Shown here piece after piece: positions 38,955 to 50,285 of a stretch of 50,285 nt of DNA. The stretch is from the NCBI RefSeq assembly GCF_001194135.2, contig NC_068985.1, positions 89,470,876 through 89,521,160 of the forward strand. The letters are read 5' to 3'. The notes beneath the pieces are model-generated. The model was not told the DNA's origin and did no database searches. It was given only the letters and a program-made list of their open reading frames with translations. Made by a program: the position numbers and the translations under genes. This DNA is from Octopus bimaculoides (lineage: Eukaryota). The number at the start of each line of letters is the position of its first letter. Position 1 is the first letter of the stretch.

Positions 38955-39290
38955 AGAAGCCGCATGGGGATAAGTTCTTCAGGCACCTCGTCTACATAGG
39001 CCAATCAGAATCAGTCGTCATAACACTTTCCAGCTGAATCCCCAAGTATGACCAAGTGACACTATGGATATTATCCATCTATTTCGTTCGTGGTCTGCCA
39101 TTGGGTCTCTTGTCTTTCGGCACCGTTCAAAGCAGCCATCTTGTGTTCCAATCACATGTCCGCATTACCCGGTCCATGATGCAGAGAAATAGCATCTCAG
39201 CTAGGTTAGATTCATTAACCTCCGAATTGACCCCTTATCGCGTAAAGTTACTCTGAGATCCTCCGGTGGAAACTCATCGCAGCCGATTTT
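38955..39290 (-). mobile_element. 3' end of an RTE-clade LINE, decayed
   Basis: Minus strand KDKRPNGRPRTK*MDNIHSVTWSYLGIQ...DSDWPM*TRCL fits the RTE C-terminal motif G.R.RGRP..RW.D. Confidence 0.7.
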
Positions 39291-39960
39291 ATTCGCGAAT
39301 TTAATTTTTTCGTAATTACCGGACATTCACAAACAGCGAAAATCGAGCACAAAACTGAAATATATTTTGCAACTTAAATAAGTAATTTCGTGAGATATAA
39401 CATAAATTCAAATTTCTTTCCATCAATTTAAAGTTTAGTTATATGATTTAATATAATTCTGAATATATTCACTTTACATATTCTGTTTTGTATATTATGT
39501 CTAAGCGATATCTTTTATTTAGTTATAGCTAATGTATATTATATTTTACAACGTTCCAAATACATATTTTCTTTCCATCAATGGAAGCTTAAAAGTCATT
39601 CTACAAACGATTTCTTAGTAGATGACATTTATATATCCTAATTCCTATATTCTTCATTATGTAATTTATGTATATATTCTCCTAATACGTTCACTCTTAG
39701 TGAGATAATGCATTATTCATGAACTGAAGTAATTTAATTAAACTTCAAGTGTTATTATAGCGCTAGATCTTCTTTAATATCACAAGTATATATTAAATGT
39801 CATATATTCGATATAGTATCATCTACTTATATATTCATGGGGATACAAACACATATAAATGCATGCATATATGCCTGTATGTGTGTATGTATAATCTTAA
39901 TACAATATTGAGTCAGTCAAACATTTTCTTACGATTAAAATATAAAATTATTATAATGAA

Positions 39961-40007
<47 letters not shown>

Positions 40008-42115
40008 NNNNNNNNNNNNNNNNNNNNNNNNNNNNNNNNNNNNNNNNNNNNNNNNNNNNNNNNNNNNNNNNNNNNNNNNNNNNNNNNNNNNNNNNNNNNN
40101 NNNNNNNNNNNNNNNNNNNNNNNNNNNNNNNNNNNNNNNNNNNNNNNNNNNNNNNNNNNNNNNNNNNNNNNNNNNNNNNNNNNNNNNNNNNNNNNNNNNN
40201 NNNNNNNNNNNNNNNNNNNNNNNNNNNNNNNNNNTGAAGCTAAATTTTTCTTTCATATATACATGCGTACGTGTGTGTTTGTGTGTGTGTATGTGTGTGT
40301 GTGCGTGTGTGTGTGTGATTGAGTGTGTGTGTATTTGTATGAGATGATAAAGAAAATGTGACAGAGAGATACAGACAGTCAGACAGATAGACTGAGTGTG
40401 TATGTGTGTGTGCCAAAATAATGTACTTTGCTTATTCGTGAAATTATTAATTATTTTGAATTAATTCTGGCTTTGAATATATTCACATGTTAGAGATAGT
40501 TTATGTGCTAATAAATTGTTAATTTAAATACCAAATATGAAACATCATCCTCGTTTACATCAGACACAAGCGAAGATTATTTTACCTGGTTTTAACTTTG
40601 AGTGATTGAAACCGAATCTATGATTTCAATAACACTGAAACAGAAAAGAGTTTTATAATATAAAACAGAACTTGAATACAAGAGCTTTCAATTATTTAAT
40701 ATGCATTATCAGACATCAATATAAGAGAGTGTATATTATGTAAAATGCATTATTCACTTGTAAAATACATTATTGTGTTGTAAATTGTGTTTACAAGTAT
40801 GAAGTTTAGTTAGATATACACCGATGTATTGAATAATATTTGTATTAGCATTAATATAAAACAGTAAACACAGTTGTAAAGAATTTGTTTGAATTGTGAT
40901 GAGGTGTTCGAGCAATATTTATATAATTGTTATTCTTTTCCTAATTGTTTAATAGAATAAGTTTCGATAGGAAAGATTAAAACCTTGTTTTGGGGATACT
41001 GGAGCAAATAAATTTCGAATTAATTGCTTTCGTGTAAAAATTGTGGTTGTGAGGAATTTTCGTTTGTTTATCCGAAGAAAACGTACAGGTATGGCTGCAG
41101 TGAGATTGTAAGTCGAGCGAAACAAATTTGTGGCTATTTCCGACTTATATTTACGTTGCAGCTTTGTATTACATGGACGTTGAAAAACTGCAATTTATGA
41201 CTGTCTCCAGACAGATGTATCCCGATATATACATTTATAGTTTCACCCATTTCTCGGTTATCTACATCTCTCAGAAAACCTCTCTTCTAGGTATGTAACC
41301 ATTCGCGATCCTGTTATTGTGACTTGCAACCTATTGTTATTTTCTCGTTTACAAACATAATTTTCCACTTCTTTCACTCTCGATATACTTCGCTTTTTCT
41401 GTTTTTTTTTCAAGACTCTTTCCATTATGGCGTTAACGCGCTCTGATCTTCCCGATTTCTTGAAAATATTTATTTTCTATGAACTACTTTATATGTTTGT
41501 ATGTGTATACCTGTGTGTATATGTGTGTGCGAGTGTTTGTGTCTTTCCTTTATTTCTTTCCATGCGTCCAATATGGTTCAATTTATCATAATCATGAACA
41601 ATCTAGCATTGAGTAGCATTGAAATAGCAAAAATCAAATACTTAACATGTGTTATATATATGCAAATGGACAAAAAAGTAAATTTGTCCTATGCATAATG
41701 CTTATCTATATTATATAACAACCAAGAAGTAAATGAATAACTATAAATTACAACCAAAATTCAACAAAGAATAATATCAAATAACATACGGAGTATAATT
41801 TCATGCTGTGAGATTTATTTATGCGACTTAAACTTAATTTCAAACGAGACAACTTAAGTGTTCGTGTTATGTATATTGTTCGTCTCTCTCTGCACAATTT
41901 TAATAAGTTAATTATATTTACGTTCGAAGCATTTAGATAACTGTCTGGAAATAATATATTTATAAATCAGAAAACTTCAATTCGTATCATATTATGCAGC
42001 CTTCTTTATAATTATAGTTGTGTGTGCAAGATATGTACACACATACTTACATACATACATAGGCACACACAGACACATACACAGACGCACAGACACACAT
42101 ACACACATACACCCA

Positions 42116-42164
<49 letters not shown>

Positions 42165-42429
42165 GTATATATGTGCGTGCGTGTGTGTGTGTGTGTGTGT
42201 GTATAAAACTACGCAAGAATATAAACATAAGAGAATATATCTTTATGTGTATATGTATGTATGTATAAACATGCAAATATGACGGTTGTAATGGAAGCAG
42301 ATAAAGATACTGGCATATACATATTGGGTGAAAAACTTTTAAATAGAAGTGTCACACGCTACAATGCCTGTGAGTTTGCTGTAAACATAATTGCCGTGTT
42401 TAACTAAGAAATTTAAAGAATTATATCTT

Positions 42430-42870
42430 AGGTCAGACCAGGTGTGGATGCAATGGTCATTGTAGCAGTGTGTTCTCGAATCTTCTCAGGCGACCCGACG
42501 CGTGGTATACCAGGCAAACCCATTTTCCACGACATTCCTCCTCATCTACCCACGATATGGCCCCATGTGCTATGTTGTTGACCAATGCATGTCGTCAGCC
42601 CAGCTGGATCCTCAGTGAATCGAGTGCAGTAAGCAGGATCTAACTTGGAAAATCAACAAACTTGCCCAAGGTGTCTGAACTGGAGCTCATCACTCCTTGC
42701 GGTACAGAATGTAACCCAGAGTCTTTCGTTGGATATGAAATACAACCAATGATAATCCGTAACCATGAGTGGTTTCCGTACCTAAAAATCTTAAGGGTGC
42801 TTCTATGGGCCCCGGGCAGTATCAAAAGCAGGATATCATGGGTGTTCCAGAAGCATTGGGAGTTGCTGCT
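42430..42870 (-). mobile_element. Unclassified GC-richer repeat relic with a CORE-like motif
   Basis: GC-richer than its flanks. TTGCCCAAGGTGTC (about 42662-42675) is the reverse complement of the CCTTGGGCAAG motif of the family B SINEs. No second full copy in the window. Confidence 0.3.
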
Positions 42871-43230
42871 GAATTTTTATTTAATCTTATTTGAAGTAAA
42901 CCTTCGAGGTCGTTTTAAAATTCGTGGATATCCTGTGCGCTGTTTGTAGAGTGATACTTTGCACAGTTTTAACAATTTCTGGGCAATTATTCACAAAGAG
43001 ATTTGGTCGGGTATTTCATTAGAGAAATAGTATAGTGGCCCTATTGAATTGATCAATACTGGACTTAAATACATTCGTGCAGGAAATACGCCCCCGCTTT
43101 GACTGCTTCATAATGAACGTTTCAACTGGTACTCAATGCGTTTACAAGAAATTCACCGATCAATGTTTACGTTAGGGATACAAATGAATCAATGTTTCAT
43201 TTCAGTCCCACTCGTTACAAAATTACGTTA

Positions 43231-43376
43231 ATCTTCTTCTTCTTCTTCTTCTTCTTCTTCTTCTTCTTCTTCTTCTTCTTCTTCTTCTTCTTCTTCTTCT
43301 TCTTCTTCTTCTTCTTCTTCTTCTTCTTCTTCTTCTTCTTCTTCTTCTTCTTCTTCTTCTTCTTCTTCTTCTTCTT
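43231..43376. repeat. (TTC)n microsatellite
   Basis: Directly visible. Explains the poly-Phe and poly-Arg ORFs. Confidence 0.97.
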
Positions 43377-44230
43377 GTATCATTACAGATCAAAATATAA
43401 CTCTCAGTAAGAGACAACCTAAAAACTTGAAAAGACTATTAACAAATGCAAGGTTTGACCTCAGCAACAAAAAATCAAACATTCACTGTATCCAAATGCA
43501 ATGATAGCCGATGCGGCACATGCCGATCAATCCATACCGGCCCATATATGAACACAAAAACAGGGAAAATATTCACCAATGCGAACATGAACTGCAAAAG
43601 TAGAAATCTAATCTACTGCATCAACTGCCCTAATTGTGAAGAACTGTACGTTGGCAACATGTGGTCATCAAACTTTAATTATATTTCCATTCCATAAACT
43701 TTACAACCGGAATGAAATTGAAAGAAAATGCAAAGAAAATGACTTTATTAAGAAATGCAAACCCACTCTTAACAAACAATGATTAAATCCATCTTACTTG
43801 GGGTTTCAAAATCTTATCCCGGTAACTAAAAGACAAAAAATCTCTCAGATATCATCATTTCTATAAATAGATTTGGCATCATTTCTAAGAACAACCAACC
43901 ACCTACTGGGGTTTAAAAATTTTATCCCTACAACACACATAAAACAATAAATTAAAATATCATCCTTTCTAAAAATAGATTTGACATCAATTCCAATAAT
44001 AGCCAAACACCTACTGCTGCTGTCCAAAGGAATTGGTATAAAAGACAGAAAACCAGCCAACTTATTACAGTCTGTTAAAGTCTGTCATACCGGCCATGAC
44101 GAAGGGAAATAGCCCTGAAACTCGAGTCGCCTTTATATATGTATATTTGTATATTTGATCCTTTATATTGAACACTCAATATTTCATCTACATTCAATAC
44201 TTTCTTTCATGGTGCCATCCATTTTTATTT
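43377..44230 (+). mobile_element. 5'-truncated Penelope-like element: GIY-YIG endonuclease remnant and 3' region
   Basis: SKRQPKNLKRLLTNARF, KCNDSRCGTC..MNCKSRNLIYCINCPNCEELYVG and TCG...FPFHKL..ERKCKENDFIKKCKPTLNKQ* are typical of the PLE linker, Cys-rich GIY-YIG and C-terminus. Followed by a hammerhead-like motif. Confidence 0.88.
44092..44131 (+). ncRNA. Minimal type I hammerhead ribozyme-like motif
   Basis: GGC-CA-TGACGA-AGGG-AAATAG-CCCT-GAAA-CTCGAGTC-GCC. Stem I GGC/GCC, stem II AGGG/CCCT, palindromic ACTCGAGT stem III, GUC cleavage triplet (cut after 44128). One extra base in the CUGANGA core. Confidence 0.65.
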
Positions 44231-45399
44231 TATTTTATTTTATATTATATATTGTATATTATATTATATATTGTATATTCCATATTCTATACCCCACATT
44301 GGTTCTGCAGGAATATAAATAAAACATAAAAAACAGACAGTGTTGGAACTCTTTTNNNNNNNNNNNNNNNNNNNNNNNNNNNNNNNNNNNNNNNNNNNNN
44401 NNNNNNNNNNNNNNNNNNNNNNNNNNNNNNNNNNNNNNNNNNNNNNNNNNNNNNNNNNNNNNNNNNNNNNNNNNNNNNNNNNNNNNNNNNNNNNNNNNNN
44501 NNNNNNNNNNNNNNNNNNNNNNNNNNNNNNNNNNNNNNNNNNNNNNNNNNNNNNNNNNNNNNNNNNNNNNNNNNNNNNNNNNNNNNNNNNNNNNNNNNNN
44601 NNNNNNNNNNNNNNNNNNNNNNNNNNNNNNNNNNNNNNNNNNNNNNNNNNTATATATATATATATATTACTGCTCTGATTATGCGTATGTTTCAGTCTAA
44701 CAATCTATGCCACGTGCTATTAAATGAATTAAAACTTTTAACTATGGAGCGTACACGCATGGGGTACGCAATGTATGCATAAACGCCTGTATGTGTATGT
44801 GGGTATGTATATGTGCGTTTTCTTTCTCTGTGTATAAAATTCAGGAGTGTGTATTACCTATGTTTTACAATTCAAACTTATTCGAATTCCCGAACTATAC
44901 ACTATTGTACAAAAGGACACCTGCAACTCTCACCGTTTGAAATGAAACATTAGACGCGTAGCTACTTAATTTGGAGTCCAGTTCAAGTATATTAACAGCC
45001 AAATACAGGCGAAATAGTAAAGAGTATGACGTATGGAGTATGTTATAATCTGTTTAAATGTATCAATAGTGATTATTGTAGTTATCTTGTACAGGAATAC
45101 CAAGCATTCAACTGACGTTGCTATAACTTGAAGTCGACAAAGATTACCACGCTTTCAAACATAGGAAAACAAATGCATTTTTGTTTCTCACTCTATTTAT
45201 CGCAGAATATACTGACTGTGTTCTAAATAAACAAAAAAGCACATTAACAGTGTTGCTCTATCGTTTCAGATTCCTGGTCTCTCTATTAAGATATATATTT
45301 CGTTAACATTATGCACCTGCTTCATGTTATTAGAGATGGGAACTAAACAAAGCCATTCACATTAGTTTTAAAGCAGCACTTTTATCATTTATATGTATA

Positions 45400-45830
45400 T
45401 TTTATCTCTTACTCGTTTCCGTCGTTAGATTTCGGTCATGCTGTAGCACTGCCATCAAGATCTTTACTCGAGGAAATTTACCTCACCATATATTCTTTTT
45501 AACCTGGTAATTTATTCAGTGGGTTCTTTTGCCGAACTTTACAGGGACGTAAACAGCTCAGCTCCAGTTATCATGCGGTAATAGGAGATGGTTACACATA
45601 CAATGAAACGCTTACACATACACGCGAGCGCACACGTAAGCACATACACACATGTACTCACACACAAACATACATAAATATCTGTGTGGCTTTTCTCTGT
45701 TTATGTCTACCAAATCCATTCCCAATGCTTTCTTCGACAAGATGATGCAGGCACATGCCCAATGGAACTTCGCTGTAGGACTCAAATCGAAAGCATGTGA
45801 TTGGGAAGCAACTTGCGACTATATCCCTAT
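45400..45830 (-). mobile_element. Degenerate full-length family B SINE
   Basis: TTTCGGTCATGCTGTAGCACTGCC (3' end), TCTTTTGCCGAAC, TCTACCAAATCCA and ATGCCCAATG..GGACTCAAATCGAAAGCATGTGATTGGGAAGCAA (head) occur in the expected order. Confidence 0.7.
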
Positions 45831-46244
45831 ATCGGAATATTCTCTGCATATTTATTTTGCTATAATCATTATTTTGGGGATTCCCTGCAGAATAAAAAGA
45901 ACATATGCCGCTAGTGTTCAAACATGTATAAAACGCGATCAACATAATCTAAAAGCGCCATTCCAACAATGACCCTCTGGTTTGAATTTTACGCAGACAT
46001 AGTACATCTAAAACTATATTCTTACCCACATATTAAAAAGGCAGGACACGATTAAATAAATATGTAGTTTCTATTTCTAGCACACGAAAGAGGCAATCAT
46101 ACGTTTACCTTTTGACTAGAGAAAGAATAGGGCTAAAGAATGGAGGAAACTATACCATTTTCAGGTGAGGAGTACCATTGGATATATGGAACTCTCTGTT
46201 CCATTGTCTTTGAATTAGTTCTAAGCGTTATTTGGTTTGTATGA

Positions 46245-46450
46245 TATTGGTTTCAATTTGGGCGGAATACAAAAACAATTTTGGTGGAATCGATTAAAAC
46301 CACATGAACTGGTGGTGCTCAACTAGTACTTATTTCTTAGACCTAGAGAGGATAAAAGAACTGGTCGGAATTTGAACCTTCCAGAAAAGACGAATGCTAT
46401 GCTGCAAAGCATTTTCACGGCGACTGTATAATTTGCCATCTCACCGCCTT
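46245..46450 (-). mobile_element. Degenerate family C SINE
   Basis: AACTAGTACTTATTT..GGAATTTGAAC..AAAGCATTTT..CTCACCGCCTT. Confidence 0.65.
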
Positions 46451-46469
46451 ATTTGGTTTTCATAATATA

Positions 46470-46688
46470 TATTCGTTTCAAATTTTGGAACAAGGCCAGC
46501 AACTTCAAAGGTGGGAGTAAGTCGATTATATCGACATCAGTGCTCGGCAGGTACTTATTTTATCTACCACGAATGAATGAAAAGCTAATCTGACTGCGAC
46601 AGAATTTAAACGACGAAAGAAAAGACGGGCAGAATACTGTCAAATCTTTCGCACGGAGAACTCAATCTCCTGCCATTAGGCTGCCTTA
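46470..46688 (-). mobile_element. Degenerate family C SINE, adjacent to the previous copy
   Basis: AAGTCGATTATATCGAC..GGTACTTATTT..GAATGAAAAGC..AGAATTTAAAC..AAAGACGGGCAGAATAC..CTGCCTT. Confidence 0.65.
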
Positions 46689-47640
46689 CGTGATTTTAAT
46701 AATATTTAACGCCGCAACATGTATAACCCAATGGATTGAGATTGTTGCTTGGCATATGCTTCTTCTCAGCTCTTGTCAACAAGACACGAGACTAATACTG
46801 ATATTTTCAAACATGAAGGTTATTCGTATGTAAGATCGTCGATTACTGACGGAAACCCCCATTAAAAAAAGTATTTGTTTTTAAACAATTCCATTCATCT
46901 GCTGGAACCATATTTATTAACATTAAAATTTATCAACTAAACGAGGGATTATTTAGTTGGTGACTTGGCTTGCTATAAAGTGTGGACCCGTGTACGTGAA
47001 ATCACACTATAAGATATGCCGAAATTTTGTTCTCATCAGCAAAGGAAATATTCTCATTCCGACTCAATCACATATAAACCGATGCTAAGATCTAAAAACA
47101 CAAGAAAATTTATATTGAACAGAGTGATTGTGATGGCGATGGCGATGGTAGAAGGAACTGGAAGAAATGTTGGATGATGACGATGATGATTCTTAAACAC
47201 GTTGACAACCACATAATTTTCAGTTTTCTTCCATAATCATTAAACTACTGTAGATTAAAATAAATATTTACCGTGATGTTTTCTTTCATATATATTTATA
47301 AAACTATAAATGTCATGTTAGAGAAGTTACAATGAAAATGTCTTATTGCTGTAGAATCTGTGATTGAGGAGCAAACAGAATCAAAGGGTTATGTTAAGAT
47401 CACATACGTAAATATAATTGTACAGGGGCTGTGACATACAGAAATAAAACAAATATGCCAATGAATGACTGTCAATAAATTTTTGAAATTAAGTATGGAA
47501 GATCTAGCATCTAGCTGTATATAAAACTAATATGTTTCACAGAAATAGAGTAGAGAAGTAAAAAGTATATGGGATGATCATAAAATTATAGTATCTCTAT
47601 AATCTACAATAACAATAGATGTCTTCACAGAAGAGGATAT

Positions 47641-48440
47641 GGGCCCGGTCGTTGTTGTGTGGTAAGAAGTTTCGTTTATAGCCATGATGCTCCAGATTCA
47701 GTTTCACGTCGTGATAACTTAGAGTAGATTCATCTAATAGAGCCTCGGACAGACCAAATATTAGTGAGTGAATTTGGTAGACGAAAATAAATAAAAGGTC
47801 AATATATATATATNNNNNNNNNNNNNNNNNNNNNNNNNNNNNNNNNNNNNNNNNNNNNNNNNNNNNNNNNNNNNNNNNNNNNNNNNNNNNNNNNNNNNNN
47901 NNNNNNNNNNNNNNNNNNNNNNNNNNNNNNNNNNNNNNNNNNNNNNNNNNNNNNNNNNNNNNNNNNNNNNNNNNNNNNNNNNNNNNNNNNNNNNNNNNNN
48001 NNNNNNNNNNNNNNNNNNNNNNNNNNNNNNNNNNNNNNNNNNNNNNNNNNNNNNNNNNNNNNNNNNNNNNNNNNNNNNNNNNNNNNNNNNNNNNNNNNNN
48101 NNNNNNNNNNNNNNNNNNNNNNNNNNNNNNNNNNNNNNNNNNNNNNNNNNNNNNNNNNNNNNNNNNNNNNNNNNNNNNNNNNNNNNNNNNNNNNNNNNNN
48201 NNNNNNNNNNNNNNNNNNNNNNNNNNNNNNNNNNNNNNNNNNNNNNNNNNNNNNNNNNNNNNNNNNNNNNNNNNNNNNNNNNNNNNNNNNNNNNNNNNNN
48301 NNNNNNNNNNNNNNNNNNNNNNNNNNNNNNNNNNNNNNNNNNNNNNNNNNNNNNNNNNNNNNNNNNNNNNNNNNNNNNNNNNNNNNNNNNNNNATATTAT
48401 CGACCAAAATTCTTCCAGATGTTTCTCCAGCATGGCCGAC
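47641..48440 (+). mobile_element. Family B SINE interrupted by an assembly gap
   Basis: Head TGTGTGGTAAGAAG.. and AGCCTCGGACAGACC..GTGAATTTGGTAGACG followed by (TA)n left of the gap. Tail CTCCAGCATGGCCG right of the gap. Confidence 0.55.
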
Positions 48441-48768
48441 GTATATAGAACAACTGAAGCAAGTAGAAGATAGAAGATACTTACATAAACACACACGCAC
48501 ACACAAACGCACACACACACGCTCACGAACACTCTGACGCACACACACACATATGCATAATTGGAATAAAATGATGCATTTAAATGAGTGGGTGTATCTT
48601 TTTTTTTATAAATGGAGGCTGGTTTTGTGTAGGTTCGTAATATGATTTAACACTCTCTATTTGTAAGAGATATTTCTACTCCCTAAGTTTTCCTTATGTT
48701 TACATGTAAATGTTTGACTCCAATCAAAGCGAGTGCACGCATGATGTTGTATGTATATATGTATGTAC

Positions 48769-48800
<32 letters not shown>

Positions 48801-49416
48801 TTATCTATCTATAGACACCGAAAGGTAACTTACTATTATATGTAAACGCCGAATAGTGAATTTACTTGTATGCGCAAAGTTTTACCAAACATGTGTAAAT
48901 TACTTAGAGGGCATCTAAGTAACAGTAATATAATCTCATTGATGTGAAAGTCTTCCAAGGAATCTTTTTGAGATCTGTGTATTACACGGAATCTATGCAG
49001 GTCCGCTTGTTGTCTACGTGACATACCCGCCTAATCGGAACTTGTGCCTTCGGTTTTCTGAAAAGGCTTACCCTATTCAAACCCGTTCTCGAATTACATC
49101 ATATGGGATTATCTTACGCTATACTATTCCTAGCATGGATATATCGATGGACCCATGTGGACTATGAAAGGTCTTCTATTTTGTATTATCCGAAGTTTCA
49201 CTTGCGTATAAGAGCATAGTTAGAATGGTGCTGTTGGAGAGACTGACATGTAATGTTGCGCTTAAATTACCTTTGATCACCTCTGTTTTCTGAGGTCAGC
49301 GGCTCCCATCCTGCACTCGAGATGTCAGTGGTGACGTCTTGGCGGATTCACAGTGGGATTCAAGAAGTCGTAAACCTTCACTTTCTCCATTTCTTCTGAA
49401 ATATACATGTGTATGA

Positions 49417-49424
49417 ATGTGTGT

Positions 49425-49457
<33 letters not shown>

Positions 49458-49466
49458 TGTGTGTGT
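49417..49466. repeat. (GT)n-(GC)7-(GT)n alternating purine-pyrimidine tract
   Basis: Directly visible. (GC)7 at 49427-49440. Confidence 0.95.
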
Positions 49467-49564
49467 TTGTGTGTGTGGATGTGAAAGTGATAGAAAAATT
49501 AGCGAAATATAATCAGAAGCGGACATATTCTCTGAATGCAAGAGGAATGTTCTTTTTACTCCAT

Positions 49565-49763
49565 GTACAAGGACCAACATTTTGGAGGAGGCTCCATTCG
49601 ATTAGATCGAACCTAGTACGCGACTAATACTTAATTTATCGACCCCGAAATTATGAAAGGCAAAGTAGACTTCGGTGGAATTCGAACTCAGAACATAAAA
49701 TCAGACGAAATACTACAGAGCCTCTTGCTCAGTGTGCTAACGTTTCTATCAGCTCGCCGCCTT
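49565..49763 (-). mobile_element. Family C SINE
   Basis: TTAATTTATCGACCCCGAAATTATGAAAGGCAAAGTAGACTTCGGTGGAATTCGAACTCAGAAC..AGCTCGCCGCCTT. Confidence 0.9.
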
Positions 49764-50104
49764 GCAAGAAGAAGATTATAGCAGCATGTAAAATGGTACG
49801 ATCATCTGGATTTACGATATTCAAATACATTTATATCATCCATATCTAGGTATTGTTGAATCTACGCTCATCATTGCCCGAAAGGGTGTATGCAAATATA
49901 TTTGTGCCTGCATTTATACACAATTAACACACGCACGCAGACACTCACGAATGCAAACACACAGGCATAAATGCCACATTAAAAGAAAGTGGCGGTTCCA
50001 AATTTATAGCTTCTACAATGGGATTAACAATAGTTTCATAATTTCAGCATCATAGTATCCATGGAGCAATGGAATAGAATCAACTGTCTGTATGTCTGAG
50101 TGCA

Positions 50105-50231
50105 AACATTATATGTATACATATATAGATATACATACATATATATGTGTGTGTGTGTGTGTGTGTGCTTCTATGTGTCTTTGTGTCTATGTATTTATCT
50201 GTGTATTCATATTTATATAACTAGGCTATGC

Positions 50232-50285
<54 letters not shown>
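50105..50285. repeat. (TA)n/(TG)n simple repeats
   Basis: Directly visible. Confidence 0.9.

Overview
AT-rich, microsatellite-dense animal genomic DNA from a gapped short-read scaffold (14 N-gaps, most flanked by simple repeats). The repeat content points to an octopus, but that is my inference. No host protein-coding gene can be confidently identified. Most ORFs in the supplied track are artefacts of microsatellites or N-runs. The window looks intronic or intergenic and is filled with transposon relics: about 17 tRNA-derived SINE copies from at least three families; a full-length decayed mariner with TIRs and TA target-site duplication (36726-37978); fragments of a second Tc1/mariner (maT-like) and a pogo-like transposase; 3' ends of a CR1-like and an RTE LINE; and the 3' part of a Penelope-like element (PLE) with a GIY-YIG remnant. 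The most interesting signal is a minimal hammerhead-ribozyme motif in the PLE 3' region (44092-44131). It has a palindromic stem III and a one-base insertion in the core. A few weak exon candidates are reported at low confidence. I found no evidence of an entirely new multi-gene system.
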